Counted from the first letter of the whole stretch, positions 20,447 to 31,448 are shown. The stretch is DNA of 62,896 nucleotides, filler included, from 8 parts of 8 records of this genome joined end to end with filler, not necessarily neighbours in it, one strand, 5' to 3'. Numbers and translations: made by a program. The notes: generated by a model not told the origin, from the sequence alone.

Positions 20447-20465
20447 TCATGTTGATAAGAAAGGG

Positions 20466-23400
20466 TCACTTCATTAAGATCATCTTCTTCGTAACAATAA
20501 AATCTCCGGCCTGCAATCTAAAGAAATAGATACCCGAACTGAAGTCCGATGCATCCCAGTTGAGTTCATAATAACCGGCTGGTTTATTATCATTAATCAG
20601 AGTCGCAACTTTTTTTCCACGCATATCATAAATGGAGAACTCAACATCGCTGACTGCCGACAGTTGGAAGCTTATAGTTGTTATTGGATTAAACGGATTA
20701 GGATAATTAGCGTCGAGCGCAAATTCTTGTGGTATATCATTCTCTGGTATAACGACAGTTACTGCCTTGTCAGTATACTTTGTCTCTTCATTGGCATAGC
20801 TTACATCGGCCAATATATAAGTATAACTTGCACCAGGAATAACTGAATTATCAACATAAGAATAACTACGAGGTTCGCTTGTTGTACCGGCACCTTCTAT
20901 AGAAATATATGCTTCATCATTTCTGTAGATTACAAAACGTGAATTGTTTGTTTCAGATGCCGTTTGCCATTTCAATTTCACATGACCTTTAGAATATATG
21001 GCAGTAAATTCACCTAAAAATATTGGAAGTGCTGTTTCACTGAATTGATCAGAAATTATGAAATCACTAAATCCATCAAGATTATTAACAGTAATAACAT
21101 TATTTAGCTGATCTAATGTGTCCGGTATATAGGGACCGAACCATTCACCACCACTTAATCTCCATATTTTTAAGCTGTCTTCAGATATTTCATTTAATTC
21201 GCTGTCTTCATAACTTAGTTTTAAATTGTAATTGCTAATATTTCCATCAGATATTATCCTATACCACCTATTTACTGAATTTAATATCCCTGATTTATTT
21301 TCACTAGGATATACAGTAATATCTATCGAAGAAGTATCATCTAAGTTGTTAATATGTATTTGCGCCTTAGTCTTTCCGCCAAAATAATAATCACCACTTT
21401 CAGTTATAGTTTGGCATACCCTATTTCCCGAATATTCAAATACACCTATATCATTTTCCCAACCAAAGACTCCAGAATCATCTGCTATTAAATAATTATT
21501 AGATCCTTTGTCAATACATGGTGATGAGTATTTTAATTGAAAATTTAAAGAGGCTGTGTCCTCCAATTCAGGATTTTCTGAGATATTATTATAAAGATCT
21601 AAAACTGCTTCAATATTTGGATGATGCTCGCTATTGCCAAAAAGGCAGTTATTATAAAAATATGTTTCACTTGCAATATTATTATTCCAAATCCCAACAT
21701 CATTAAAACAAATAATATTTGATCTTACAGTGAACCAACTTCCAGCTGCCTCGTATGGCTCATCAATTCCTATTTCATTATTTATTATACAATTATTTTC
21801 AATAAGGGGGCCTTTATAAGAAATTGCTATAGCTGTTTTGTTATTGTAAAAGGTATTTCTACTAATATTCCAACTATTAGTACCATTTCCGTAATATGAA
21901 TAGACGCCTCTGAAGCAATCATGAAAAACATTATGGTGCAAATTAATTTTAGCTGTTGAACGGTTAAAAATAGAGACTCCATAGTCTTCAGCTTCAAATT
22001 CACATCCCGTAATTTCACATTTCCCATCAGGTTCAATCCCAATAGCACTTCCAGTAACATTAAATTGACAATCTTTAATTAAAATATTAATATTTTTTAC
22101 AGTAATAGACCCATTCCCAAAAAACTTACAATTTTCAATTATTAGAGAGTCAACTTTGTCTGGTCCTTTAATATAAAGCCAATCGTAAAAAGTCGAATTT
22201 GTAATTTCTTGTTTTTTTGTGTCAAATAAGCGAATTTCACCATCAACAAAAGAAATATTATCGATTTTTTTAAATGAATAAAAAAAGCACCAATTTGCAC
22301 TAATATTTATACTATCGCCAACCTGCCCCACTAATGTAATATATTTATCTATGGTAAGTGTATCAGCAGAGTAATTCCCCTCAAAAACAGTGACTGTAGT
22401 ACTGTCTAATGAAGCTTCTAAAGCTTCTTGGATGCTATTAAAAGGATGATCAAATGACCCATCTTCGAAATCATTATTTTGAAGATCAACATATATGTTT
22501 GGATTTACAGTAAAAGTCCATGAAAATATATTTAAATTAAAATTATAAAGAGAATTATTAATTGTTGACTTAATGCTATCGCTCAAAGTAACTGTTATTT
22601 TTTCGGAATTTTGATATTCGTTGTCTGGAATAAACTTTATTGTTTTGCTTGAACTATTATAATTATAAGAACCAGTGTAAAGCCCCCTTCTTGATCCTAC
22701 TATTCGAAATGTATTCGTATCAATTGAAGATAAATCCATATCTTGACTAAATTGTACAATAACGGTATCATCATTCAATACGTATGTGTTACTATCAGGT
22801 AAAAATGACACAATATCTGGATGCACGGAATCAGCTTTTCCAAAGTTTGGGTCTATCAAGTCACCTTTAAAATCAAATCGATTATTTTTATTTCTATCAA
22901 TAATTAAATCATATAATTTTAAAGAGGTGCAATTTTTCCAAATATAGCTTCCTTTTGAAAGACCACCACTTGTATTAGCGAAAATTAATTCTTCTGTATT
23001 TTGGGCAATATTCTCTAATGTATCACCATCATTCCATTGAGTTTTATGGGGAACTACAAAAAGATCATATTTCCTATTGGGAATCATCCCTTCGTTTAAA
23101 TATCCGTATATGGTATCGTTTTCAGAAAACTCTGATTTATAAATACCTTGTGTATCAGCAGTAATATTTACAACTGGAGAATAATGGTCAATATTAAATG
23201 AAGAATTAATTGTACGGCCTGTAACTATTTTCACCTGAGAACCTATTGGTTCACCTTCAGGTAGTGGTTCTCCTACTGTTAAAATTATTGTAATAGATGT
23301 ATCAACAAGTTGCGAGTTTTTTATATAAATTGGTAATTGAGATGAATTATAAATTGTATCTGCTAAAACAATGCTATCTGGGTTTAATGAAATCCAAATA

Positions 23401-23594
23401 CTATTTTCATACTCATTAACATAACTTCCAATATTCGCTGTAAAATATTCACCACCATTTCCAATATTTGTTATTCCAAATGTCCAAATGGTTGTGGTAG
23501 TGTCTCCCCAATCTACATCTTTTGTTGTTGATCCTGTAACCCCCAAACCATATAAAGCATTTATAAGAAAGAACAATAGAAGTATTTTTTTCAT
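20466..23594 (-). CDS. large secreted protein: Ig-like domain, parallel beta-helix, C-terminal Por/T9SS-type (FlgD-Ig) sorting domain
   Basis: signal peptide MKKILLLFF; VQFSQDMD Ig-like motif; GSFDHPFNSIQEAL and N-rich beta-helix repeats; YPNPFNP..IYDMRG..WDAS..SGIYF tail. Confidence 0.82.
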   Translation of the reverse strand: MKKILLLFFLINALYGLGVTGSTTKDVDWGDTTTTIWTFGITNIGNGGEYFTANIGSYVNEYENSIWISLNPDSIVLADTIYNSSQLPIYIKNSQLVDTSITIILTVGEPLPEGEPIGSQVKIVTGRTINSSFNIDHYSPVVNITADTQGIYKSEFSENDTIYGYLNEGMIPNRKYDLFVVPHKTQWNDGDTLENIAQNTEELIFANTSGGLSKGSYIWKNCTSLKLYDLIIDRNKNNRFDFKGDLIDPNFGKADSVHPDIVSFLPDSNTYVLNDDTVIVQFSQDMDLSSIDTNTFRIVGSRRGLYTGSYNYNSSSKTIKFIPDNEYQNSEKITVTLSDSIKSTINNSLYNFNLNIFSWTFTVNPNIYVDLQNNDFEDGSFDHPFNSIQEALEASLDSTTVTVFEGNYSADTLTIDKYITLVGQVGDSINISANWCFFYSFKKIDNISFVDGEIRLFDTKKQEITNSTFYDWLYIKGPDKVDSLIIENCKFFGNGSITVKNINILIKDCQFNVTGSAIGIEPDGKCEITGCEFEAEDYGVSIFNRSTAKINLHHNVFHDCFRGVYSYYGNGTNSWNISRNTFYNNKTAIAISYKGPLIENNCIINNEIGIDEPYEAAGSWFTVRSNIICFNDVGIWNNNIASETYFYNNCLFGNSEHHPNIEAVLDLYNNISENPELEDTASLNFQLKYSSPCIDKGSNNYLIADDSGVFGWENDIGVFEYSGNRVCQTITESGDYYFGGKTKAQIHINNLDDTSSIDITVYPSENKSGILNSVNRWYRIISDGNISNYNLKLSYEDSELNEISEDSLKIWRLSGGEWFGPYIPDTLDQLNNVITVNNLDGFSDFIISDQFSETALPIFLGEFTAIYSKGHVKLKWQTASETNNSRFVIYRNDEAYISIEGAGTTSEPRSYSYVDNSVIPGASYTYILADVSYANEETKYTDKAVTVVIPENDIPQEFALDANYPNPFNPITTISFQLSAVSDVEFSIYDMRGKKVATLINDNKPAGYYELNWDASDFSSGIYFFRLQAGDFIVTKKMILMK

Positions 23595-23811
23595 ATTTAG
23601 CCTCATTAACAGAAATACTGATTTTATAAACAATATCTTTAACTTTACTATTATCAATTTAAAATAGATTTATTTTACAGTTTTATAATATTTTATGCAA
23701 GATGTTATTAATTATTGGTGACCATTGCCGATTGCTCCCAAAACCCGCATCATTACTACTCAAAACCCCCAAAAACACAATCTTCACCGCAGTGGACACA
23801 TCTTGGTGTAC

Positions 23812-23911
23812 NNNNNNNNNNNNNNNNNNNNNNNNNNNNNNNNNNNNNNNNNNNNTTAATTAATTAANNNNNNNNNNNNNNNNNNNNNNNNNNNNNNNNN
23901 NNNNNNNNNNN
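23812..23911. other. artificial contig spacer
   Basis: N-run with TTAATTAATTAA. Confidence 0.98.
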
Positions 23912-24059
23912 TCGACTCTGCCGCGGAACCGTCCCGGGATATAACCGTCTCCAAGGCCCGGCTCAGCTGCTGGTGGGACAGTTTTCCCATTTCCAGAACA
24001 CTTGCTTTGAGTAACGCCAGCTCCTCATCATAGGATCGCACAATATGTTGGCTGCTCAT
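23912..24059 (-). CDS. phoU: phosphate signalling protein PhoU, N-terminal fragment
   Basis: HIVRSYDEEL..L...VLEMG motif; directly after pstB. Confidence 0.85.
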
Positions 24060-24095
24060 GTATGGCTCCTTTCATTTAAGCCCTTATATGAATCA

Positions 24096-24965
24096 TCAAC
24101 CGAACCGGCCGGTGATGTAATCTTCAGTAAGCTGATGCAGGGGGTTGGTGAATATCTGTTCGGTGGGTCCGATTTCAATGAGATCCCCCAGGTGAAAATA
24201 GGCGGTTCGCTGGGATACCCGGCTGGCCTGCTGCATGGAGTGGGTGACGATGGCGATGGCGTATTGGCTTCGAAGCTCATCAATGAGGTCCTCAATGATG
24301 GCGGTGGCAATGGGGTCCAGGGCGGAACAGGGTTCGTCCATGAGGATCACTTCGGGACTCACCGCAATGGTTCTGGCGATGCAGAGGCGCTGCTGTTGCC
24401 CGCCGGAGAGCCCCGTACCCGGTTGATCCAGTCGGTCTTTCGCTTCTTCCCACAGGCCCGCTTTTTTAAGGGATGTCTCAACCAGTTCGTCGGTTTCGTT
24501 CTTGCTTTGAACCAGACCGTGAATGCGGGGTCCGTAGGCGATATTGTCATAGATGGATTTCGGGAAAGGGTTCGGCTTTTGGAAGACCATGCCCACCTGG
24601 GCCCTGAGCTGCACCACATCCACCCTGGGTTCATAGACATTATGATCGTCCAGCAGAATCTCGCCCGTTACCCGGCATATTTCAATGGTATCGTTCATGC
24701 GGTTCAGGCATCTTAAAAAGGTTGACTTTCCGCATCCCGAAGGCCCGATCATGGCGATGACTTCATTGCGTCCGATATCGAGGGAAACATCGTGAATGGC
24801 ATGTTTGTCGCCGTAATAGACATTGACATTGCGGCACACCATCCGTGGGTTACGGGCGAGGGGTTCGCCCACGGTGGACCGGTTTTCGCGGTTCACCAGC
24901 TGTCGGCCCCGTTTTCCGGGCTCATGGCTGCCGTCCCGTGAATCTACTGCTGTGCTGGTGGCCAA
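24096..24965 (-). CDS. pstB: phosphate ABC transporter ATPase
   Basis: [58 protein letters not shown] start with AAGGAGG RBS. Confidence 0.95.
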   Translation of the reverse strand: MATSTAVDSRDGSHEPGKRGRQLVNRENRSTVGEPLARNPRMVCRNVNVYYGDKHAIHDVSLDIGRNEVIAMIGPSGCGKSTFLRCLNRMNDTIEICRVTGEILLDDHNVYEPRVDVVQLRAQVGMVFQKPNPFPKSIYDNIAYGPRIHGLVQSKNETDELVETSLKKAGLWEEAKDRLDQPGTGLSGGQQQRLCIARTIAVSPEVILMDEPCSALDPIATAIIEDLIDELRSQYAIAIVTHSMQQASRVSQRTAYFHLGDLIEIGPTEQIFTNPLHQLTEDYITGRFG

Positions 24966-24984
24966 AGGTCATTCCTCCTTTATC

Positions 24985-25046
24985 AGCGATTGGCTTTTAG
25001 CTGTTAGCTTGAACCACCAATTGCTAACAGCTAATCGCTAACAGCC
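24985..25046. repeat. heptamer-based palindromic intergenic element
   Basis: TTAGCTGTTAGC (24997-25008) / GCTAACAGCTAA (25023-25034) plus extra 7-mer units. Confidence 0.7.
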
Positions 25047-25057
25047 ATACTTTCTGG

Positions 25058-26125
25058 TTATTTCAAATCATCACAGGAAAGGCTCGTCAGGTTTTTGACG
25101 GCGGTTCTGTAAAAATCCCGCTCTTTTTCCGGCATGGGAATCATCCCCTTATCGGTCAAATAGCCGTCAGGTCCCCAGGCTTTTTCGCTGGTAAATTCCG
25201 CCAGATACTCCTTTGTGCCCGGAATCACCTGAATATGGGCCTTTTTTACATAAAAATAGAGCGGTCTGGAGAGGGGGTAACTGCCGTCCGCAATACTCTC
25301 AAAGGTCGGCCCCACACCATCAATGAATGACCCCTGGATCTTGTCGGTGTTCTGGTCCAGAAAACTGAAGCCGAAAATGCCCAAAGCATCGGGGTTGGCG
25401 TTCAATTTCTGCACGATCAGGTTGTCATTTTCCCCGGCTTCCACGTAGGCGCCGTCCTCCCGAACCGTATGACAGATGGCTTTATATTTTTTCTTGTCTT
25501 TTTTCTTGATGGCTTTGATCCATTTGAAACTTTTACCACCGGGCTCCATGCCCAGTTCCACGAAGGCATCCCGGGTGCCGGATGTGGGGGGCGGTCCCAG
25601 AACTTCAATTTTGGTGGCGGGAAGGGCGGAATTCACATCTTTCCAGGTTTTATAGGGGTTGGGAACCAGTTTCTCAGCCCCATTGGGATCGGGAACATCC
25701 TTGGCAAGGGCCAGGAAGATGTCTTTCTGGGTCAGTTTAAAAGGTGCCTTCTTTTTGGAGTTGGCCATAACAATGCCATCGTAACCGATTTTAACTTCGA
25801 TGATATCTTCCACACCATTCTTTTGACACATGACACACTCGCTCACCTTGATGCGGCGTGAGGCATTGGTGATGTCGGGATGTTCGACGCCCACGCCGGC
25901 ACAGAAGAGTTTGAGTCCGCCGCCGGAACCGGTGGATTCAATTTTGGGGGTGTTGAACTTGCTGGTTTTTCCAAACTGCTCGGCCACCACCGTGGCAAAG
26001 GGATAAACCGTGGAAGAGCCCACAATGGCCACCGTATCACGGGCAGCCGCGCCAATGGCAGTGAAATGGGCGGCGCTCAGAACAAAAGAAAGCACCAAAA
26101 CCGATACAAAAAAACGTTTCATCAT
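25058..26125 (-). CDS. pstS: phosphate ABC transporter substrate-binding protein
   Basis: signal peptide; GSSTVYPF, ESTGSGGG, NASRRIK, PPPTSGTRDAF, YPLSRPLYFYVK motifs. Confidence 0.93.
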   Translation of the reverse strand: MMKRFFVSVLVLSFVLSAAHFTAIGAAARDTVAIVGSSTVYPFATVVAEQFGKTSKFNTPKIESTGSGGGLKLFCAGVGVEHPDITNASRRIKVSECVMCQKNGVEDIIEVKIGYDGIVMANSKKKAPFKLTQKDIFLALAKDVPDPNGAEKLVPNPYKTWKDVNSALPATKIEVLGPPPTSGTRDAFVELGMEPGGKSFKWIKAIKKKDKKKYKAICHTVREDGAYVEAGENDNLIVQKLNANPDALGIFGFSFLDQNTDKIQGSFIDGVGPTFESIADGSYPLSRPLYFYVKKAHIQVIPGTKEYLAEFTSEKAWGPDGYLTDKGMIPMPEKERDFYRTAVKNLTSLSCDDLK

Positions 26126-26282
26126 CTTCTTCCTCCTTGACCGGGCGAATGATCATTTCGCCCTTCTTTTTGTTTTGGCCGCCGGCACATGCCGACGGCA
26201 CGCGAAACAGCTTTATATGGAAACAGTGTTCAAGAATTTTATAAAGGCGTCTTTTTTGTGTTGCCTTTATTGAACACTGGTA

Positions 26283-27551
26283 TCACCACCTTCGTTCAAA
26301 CTTCTTCCTGAGAAGAACCGCTACGCTGTTCATAAAGATGAGAAAAGCGAGCAACACCATAATGGCGGCCGATGTGAGTGCGGTAAAAGCCCGCTCCGGA
26401 CTGTCCGCCCACAAATAGATCTGAACGGGCAAAACCGTGGCGGGGTCGGTAAAGCCATGGGGGACATCCACGATGAAAGCCACCATGCCGATCATCAAAA
26501 GGGGCGCCGTCTCCCCCAACGCCTGGGCCATGCCGATGATGGTACCCGTCAGCATGCCGGGAAGGGCCAGCGGCAGCACGTGGTGCGATACCATCTGGGT
26601 TTTGGAAGCGCCGATCCCCAGGGCCGCATCCCGGATGGACGGGGGTACGGACTTGAGGGATGCACGACTGGCGATGATAATGGTGGGAAGGGTCATGAGG
26701 GTCAGCACCAGCCCCCCCACCAGGGGGGTGGAGCGCGGAAGGCCGAAAAAATTGAGAAAGACCGCCAGGCCCAGTAACCCAAAGACAATGGACGGGACGG
26801 CCGCCAGATTATTGATATTGACTTCAATGAGATCGGTCCATTTGTTCTTGGGAGCAAATTCTTCCAGGTAGACCGCAGCGGAAACACCGATGGGAAAAGA
26901 GAGGAGCAGGGTCACCACAAGGGTGTACATGGATCCCATGACCGCCCCCCAGATCCCGGCCAGTTCCGGTTCCCGGGAATCGCCCCCAGTGAAAAAGGCC
27001 GTATTGAACCGTTTTTCAATGCGGTCTTCGCCCATAAGCGCATCGATCCAGGCCAGCTGTTTGTCCGTCAGGCGACGCTCCGACTGAGGCACATCCCGTT
27101 TCATCTGCCCCTTCATGAGCATGTCCACATCATCGTTGGCGGGAACCCACAGGGGAAGGGTTTTTCCGATGACCCGGGGGTCTTCCATGGCGGTTCGCCT
27201 AATCTGAAACGCCGCTCCGGAACTGACCAGGCCGTACAGCGCCCGTTTGTCCCGGCGGCCCGAAACATCCGGAAAAAGATTGCGCAACGATTTTTTGACC
27301 AGCCCGGCGTAGTTGGCCGTGGAAAGGGTTTCCTTTGAAACGGTTTCCGGATCAAAGGTAATATCCAGTTTGATAAGGGTCCTGAAAAAAGCGGAATAGC
27401 CGGTCCCGATAATGCTCGTAAACAGGAGCACCAGAAAGACCATACTCATTAAAATCGCACCCAATCCATAAAGCTGAAAGCGTTTTTCAGCCCGGTAGCG
27501 CTTGCCCAGGCCCCTGTTGACAATATGGATGGTTCTTCGGCTCTCTTCCAT
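26283..27551 (-). CDS. pstA: phosphate ABC transporter permease
   Basis: DSREPELAG, YLEEFAP, NLAAVPSIVFGLLG, GETAPLL motifs. Confidence 0.93.
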   Translation of the reverse strand: MEESRRTIHIVNRGLGKRYRAEKRFQLYGLGAILMSMVFLVLLFTSIIGTGYSAFFRTLIKLDITFDPETVSKETLSTANYAGLVKKSLRNLFPDVSGRRDKRALYGLVSSGAAFQIRRTAMEDPRVIGKTLPLWVPANDDVDMLMKGQMKRDVPQSERRLTDKQLAWIDALMGEDRIEKRFNTAFFTGGDSREPELAGIWGAVMGSMYTLVVTLLLSFPIGVSAAVYLEEFAPKNKWTDLIEVNINNLAAVPSIVFGLLGLAVFLNFFGLPRSTPLVGGLVLTLMTLPTIIIASRASLKSVPPSIRDAALGIGASKTQMVSHHVLPLALPGMLTGTIIGMAQALGETAPLLMIGMVAFIVDVPHGFTDPATVLPVQIYLWADSPERAFTALTSAAIMVLLAFLIFMNSVAVLLRKKFERRW

Positions 27552-27575
27552 AAAAATCCCTGTTTTAAAGGTATC

Positions 27576-28964
27576 CTATTCGTATTGTTCCCGATATTTC
27601 CGCACCACATAGAGGGCAATGACATTCAACACAAGGGTAATTAGAAAAAGCACAAGCCCCAGTGCAAATGCGGCCAGTGTCTTGGGACTGTCAAATTCCT
27701 GGTCCCCCACCAGAAGTGTCACGATCTGAACCGTTACGGTGGTCACCGCCTGAAAGGGGTTTACCGTGAGATTGGCGGCAAGTCCCGCCGCCATGACCAC
27801 AATCATGGTCTCCCCAATGGCGCGGGATACCGCCAGAAGGACACCCCCCACGATACCGGGCAACGCCGCCGGAAGAACCACCTGCTTGATGGTCTCGGAG
27901 TGGGTTGCCCCCAGGCCGTAGGCCCCGTCCCGCAACGATTGGGGCACGGCATTGATCACATCGTCGGAAAGCGATGATACAAAGGGGATAATCATCACGC
28001 CCATGACCAGCCCGGCGGCCAGGGCACTCTCGGAAGAGACGTCCAAGCCCACGGAGCCCCCGAAACCGCGGATGATGGGCGCAACGGTCAACGCTGCAAA
28101 GAATCCATAGACCACCGTTGGAACACCTGCCAGAATCTCCAGGGCCGGTTTTGCAAAGGCCCGGAATCTTTTGCCCGCATACTCGGAGAGGTAGATGGCA
28201 CTCATGAGCCCGATGGGCACCGCCACCACCATGGCGATGAAGGAGATCAGGCCCGTTCCCAGAAAAACCGGAATGGCGCCGAAGGCCCCGGAAGACCCTA
28301 CCTGGTCTTCCCGAATGGCCATCTGGGGGCTCCAATCGAGACCAAACAGAAAGTCCGTGACGGGAATGATTCGAAAAAAGCGGATGGCCTCGAAAAGGAC
28401 CGACAACACGATGCCGATGGTGGTAAATATGGCGATGGTGGAACATCCGATTAAAAGCCATTGAATCAGACGTTCCACCTGATTTCTGGCCCGTAACTGG
28501 GGTGAGATGCGGCGCTCAATGAGCAGCATTGCCGCAACCGCTATTGCAAGGGCGACCACCGCAAGGGCGCCATGCCCGATTCCCGTCAGTCGGTGGTACT
28601 GATCAGCCGCGGCTGTCAGCATGGGGCTTTTTTCACCTGAAATGATGTTACCGCTCACGAGATTATGAATGTTATTGACCACCAGATTGAGCCGATCTTC
28701 AGGCAGGTCCCGGATTTCCGGGGGAAGACTTTCCACCACCAGGTCCATCACCACACTGGGCCCCACAGCCAGCCAGATCCCCACGATGATGAGTGCGGGA
28801 ATACCGCACCAAAGGCCCGTCAATGCACCGTAATAAACCGGTTTTGAGTGCATGTTTCGAACGCCCTGTGCTCTCTTGCCCACCAGAAGGGCCTTGCGGC
28901 GGCCCAGGAAAAAGCCACCGACGGAAAGGAGCAAAATGACAATAAAAAGAACGGTTGGGTTCAT
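27576..28964 (-). CDS. pstC: phosphate ABC transporter permease
   Basis: AIYLSEYA, EILAGVPTVVYGFF, SRAIGETMIV motifs; start taken at MNPTV. Confidence 0.92.
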   Translation of the reverse strand: MNPTVLFIVILLLSVGGFFLGRRKALLVGKRAQGVRNMHSKPVYYGALTGLWCGIPALIIVGIWLAVGPSVVMDLVVESLPPEIRDLPEDRLNLVVNNIHNLVSGNIISGEKSPMLTAAADQYHRLTGIGHGALAVVALAIAVAAMLLIERRISPQLRARNQVERLIQWLLIGCSTIAIFTTIGIVLSVLFEAIRFFRIIPVTDFLFGLDWSPQMAIREDQVGSSGAFGAIPVFLGTGLISFIAMVVAVPIGLMSAIYLSEYAGKRFRAFAKPALEILAGVPTVVYGFFAALTVAPIIRGFGGSVGLDVSSESALAAGLVMGVMIIPFVSSLSDDVINAVPQSLRDGAYGLGATHSETIKQVVLPAALPGIVGGVLLAVSRAIGETMIVVMAAGLAANLTVNPFQAVTTVTVQIVTLLVGDQEFDSPKTLAAFALGLVLFLITLVLNVIALYVVRKYREQYE

Positions 28965-29041
28965 GACAAAGGTTCCTTGAAAAAAAGTGCGACCGGCCAT
29001 ATGGATCGTCTCTCCAGGAAACCTACAGGTCCAGTATTCAT

Positions 29042-29074
29042 TTGAAGTTAGAGATTTGTGAAATTTATGTTAAG
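29042..29074 (-). promoter_or_regulatory. Pho box (three 11-bp-spaced units)
   Basis: minus strand cTTAACAtaaa tTTCACAaatc tCTAACTtcaa, upstream of pstC. Confidence 0.65.
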
Positions 29075-29242
29075 GAAAAAAAGGGTTTTATGGATCACAG
29101 GCAGGTTTTTTATTTGCCTTTACTTACCCCCACCGGGGGTTTGGTGTTGGGGGAAGGTTGATTTTTATGATTATTTGGATTTTCCCATGGCTTCGTGTTA
29201 ATAAGCATCCAGTTCACGAAAATCATCCTTGGGAGGAATCGC

Positions 29243-29630
29243 ATGGCCGGAAAATATTTATTGTCTAAATCGATCGTCTTTCCATTTCTCTTCTTTATGG
29301 TATCTACCCTGTTGCCCACAACGTTAATGGCTCAAGAGGGAACACAGAAATGGGAATTTGAAACCGGAGATGCGGTGGATGCATCTCCCGCCGTAGGATC
29401 TGATGGAACCGTATACATCGGTTCCCGGGATTGGAATCTCTATGCCGTAAGCCCCGACGGCGACCGCTTATGGGCGTTTGAAACCGGTGGCGGCGTCTAT
29501 TCATCCCCCGCCATCGGAAATGACGGCACTGTTTTTGTGGGGTCAGAGGATGGCAATCTGTACGCCCTTAATCCTGACGGAACCCAAAAATGGGTTTTCC
29601 AGACCAACGACTGGATCGATTCATCTCCCG
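29243..29630 (+). CDS. PQQ-like beta-propeller repeat protein, secreted (cut by contig end)
   Basis: GGAGG RBS; signal peptide; repeats W.FETG..V.SSPA.G.DGTV..GS.D.NLYA. Confidence 0.85.
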
Positions 29631-29730
29631 NNNNNNNNNNNNNNNNNNNNNNNNNNNNNNNNNNNNNNNNNNNNTTAATTAATTAANNNNNNNNNNNNNN
29701 NNNNNNNNNNNNNNNNNNNNNNNNNNNNNN
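29631..29730. other. artificial contig spacer
   Basis: N-run with TTAATTAATTAA. Confidence 0.98.
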
Positions 29731-30173
29731 CGGAACCGTCCCTGATCGGCGCCCACCCGTTCCAACGGGCCGAGGTGCGGCGTCTGGTTGCCTGGTTCGA
29801 TCAGAAGTTCAATCGCGAGGTCTCGGTCAACCTGGTCGGCGAAAAGATCACCAAGCGTTTCCTCGGTCTGGGCGAACCCGATTCGGCGGCAATCCGGGCC
29901 GGTCACGCCAACATCCATACCCATCTCGACTACATCGCCTATCTGATCGCGCACCGCAAATGGCTCGCCGGCGACGAGTTTTCCCTGGCCGACATCGCCG
30001 CAGCGGCGCACCTGTCGACGGTCGATTATCTCGGCGACGTGCCCTGGGACGATCACGAGGAAGCCAAGGACTGGTACGCCCGCATCAAGTCTCGGCCAAG
30101 TTTCCGTCCGATCCTGGCCGATCACATTCCGGGCGCGCCGCCGCCCAAGCATTACGCCGATCTGGATTTCTGA
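29731..30173 (+). CDS. fzlA: glutathione S-transferase family protein, FzlA-like (5' truncated)
   Basis: RRLVAWFD.KF, SLADIAAAAHLS..DYLGDVPW, KSRPSFRP, HYADLDF C-terminus. Confidence 0.75.
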
Positions 30174-30190
30174 AGCACTGGCGGCCCGGA

Positions 30191-31231
30191 TCAGTCGACG
30201 GCCGTTGCCAGCAGCCCGTATTTGCGCAGGCGATTGCGCAGCTGATCGTAGGAAAGGCCGAGCCGTTTGGCGGCCATGCGCTGGTTGAAGCGACTCGCTT
30301 CCATGGCCTCGGTGAGAAGTTGTATCTCGAAAGCCGAGATTTCCTCGCGAAGATCGACCAGTCCCGATGCCGGTGCTATGTCGATTTTTCCGGCGGCGGT
30401 GGTTTCGGGGACGGTTTGAGATATTGCCGCAGTCGCAACCGGCCGGAAGGGCGAATCAAACGGATCGAAGCGGATATCGTCGATCGGTTCGGTTTCGTCG
30501 GGCCAGGCGTATACGGCGCGTTCGACCGTGTTTTTGATCTCGCGCACGTTGCCCGGCCAGGGGTGGTCTAGCAGGTCGTCGTTTGCCGCCGGTGCAAAAC
30601 CGGGAAAGGTCTCCCAACCCAGTTCGAGCGCCATGGCGCGGGCGAACTGTTCGGCCAGCACCGGGATATCCTCCGGCCGAGCCCGCAGGGGCGGCACGGT
30701 CAGGACCTCGAAGGCGAGCCGATCGAGCAAGTCATGCCGGAAGCGCCCGGCGATGGCCTCGCTGGGCAGATCGACATTGGTGGCGGCGATGATGCGCACA
30801 TCGACGGTCAGGGTGGCGCTGCTGCCGACCCGTTCCAACTCGCCGTATTCGACGACGCGCAGGATCTTCTCCTGGACCGCCATGCTGGCGCTGGCGATCT
30901 CGTCTAAAAAAAGCGATCCGCCATCGGCCCGTTCGAACCGGCCGAGCCTGCGGCGGGCGGCACCGGTGAAGGCGCCGGCTTCGTGGCCGAACAATTCGGT
31001 TTCAAGCAGGGATTCCGGCAGTGCCGCGCAATTGACCTTGACCAACGGCCGGTCCCACCGGCCGGACAGGAAATGCAGCCTTGAGGCGATCAGTTCCTTG
31101 CCGGTGCCGCGCTCGCCGATGACGAGGACCGGTCGTTCCAGCGGCGCCACCTGGGATACCCGTTCGAGGATATCCTGGAAGGTCGGCGATTGGCCGATGA
31201 GGTGCGGCAGTTCTGTTGATGTAGCAGACAT
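30191..31231 (-). CDS. pspF: phage shock protein operon sigma54 activator
   Basis: GERGTGKE, GAFTGA, WPGNVRE, C-terminal HTH (LSYDQLR); no receiver domain; divergent from pspA. Confidence 0.92.
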   Translation of the reverse strand: MSATSTELPHLIGQSPTFQDILERVSQVAPLERPVLVIGERGTGKELIASRLHFLSGRWDRPLVKVNCAALPESLLETELFGHEAGAFTGAARRRLGRFERADGGSLFLDEIASASMAVQEKILRVVEYGELERVGSSATLTVDVRIIAATNVDLPSEAIAGRFRHDLLDRLAFEVLTVPPLRARPEDIPVLAEQFARAMALELGWETFPGFAPAANDDLLDHPWPGNVREIKNTVERAVYAWPDETEPIDDIRFDPFDSPFRPVATAAISQTVPETTAAGKIDIAPASGLVDLREEISAFEIQLLTEAMEASRFNQRMAAKRLGLSYDQLRNRLRKYGLLATAVD

Positions 31232-31322
31232 TCCAAAATTATACCGATTATTAGTGAAAAAAACCAATTATTCGCAATAGTGACTCACGAAAGAAATGAG
31301 GTATACCGGAATAATCATTTAT

Positions 31323-31335
31323 TATCAATTGGTTA
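31323..31335 (+). promoter_or_regulatory. IHF binding site
   Basis: TATCAA-TTGG-TTA matches WATCAANNNNTTR; lies between pspF and the sigma54 promoter. Confidence 0.65.
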
Positions 31336-31351
31336 GAATAAATTCGGCATC

Positions 31352-31367
31352 TGGCACGATATCTGCT
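31352..31367 (+). promoter_or_regulatory. sigma54 -24/-12 promoter of pspA
   Basis: TGGCACG-ATAT-CTGCT with GG-N10-GC spacing. Confidence 0.85.
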
Positions 31368-31448
31368 CCTAGAGAGGCAAGAAAGCCGATGCGCTAAAAA
31401 CGGTGCCGCGGTCCAGACAACTCTCAGCCCGACGAGAAAGGCAAGATC

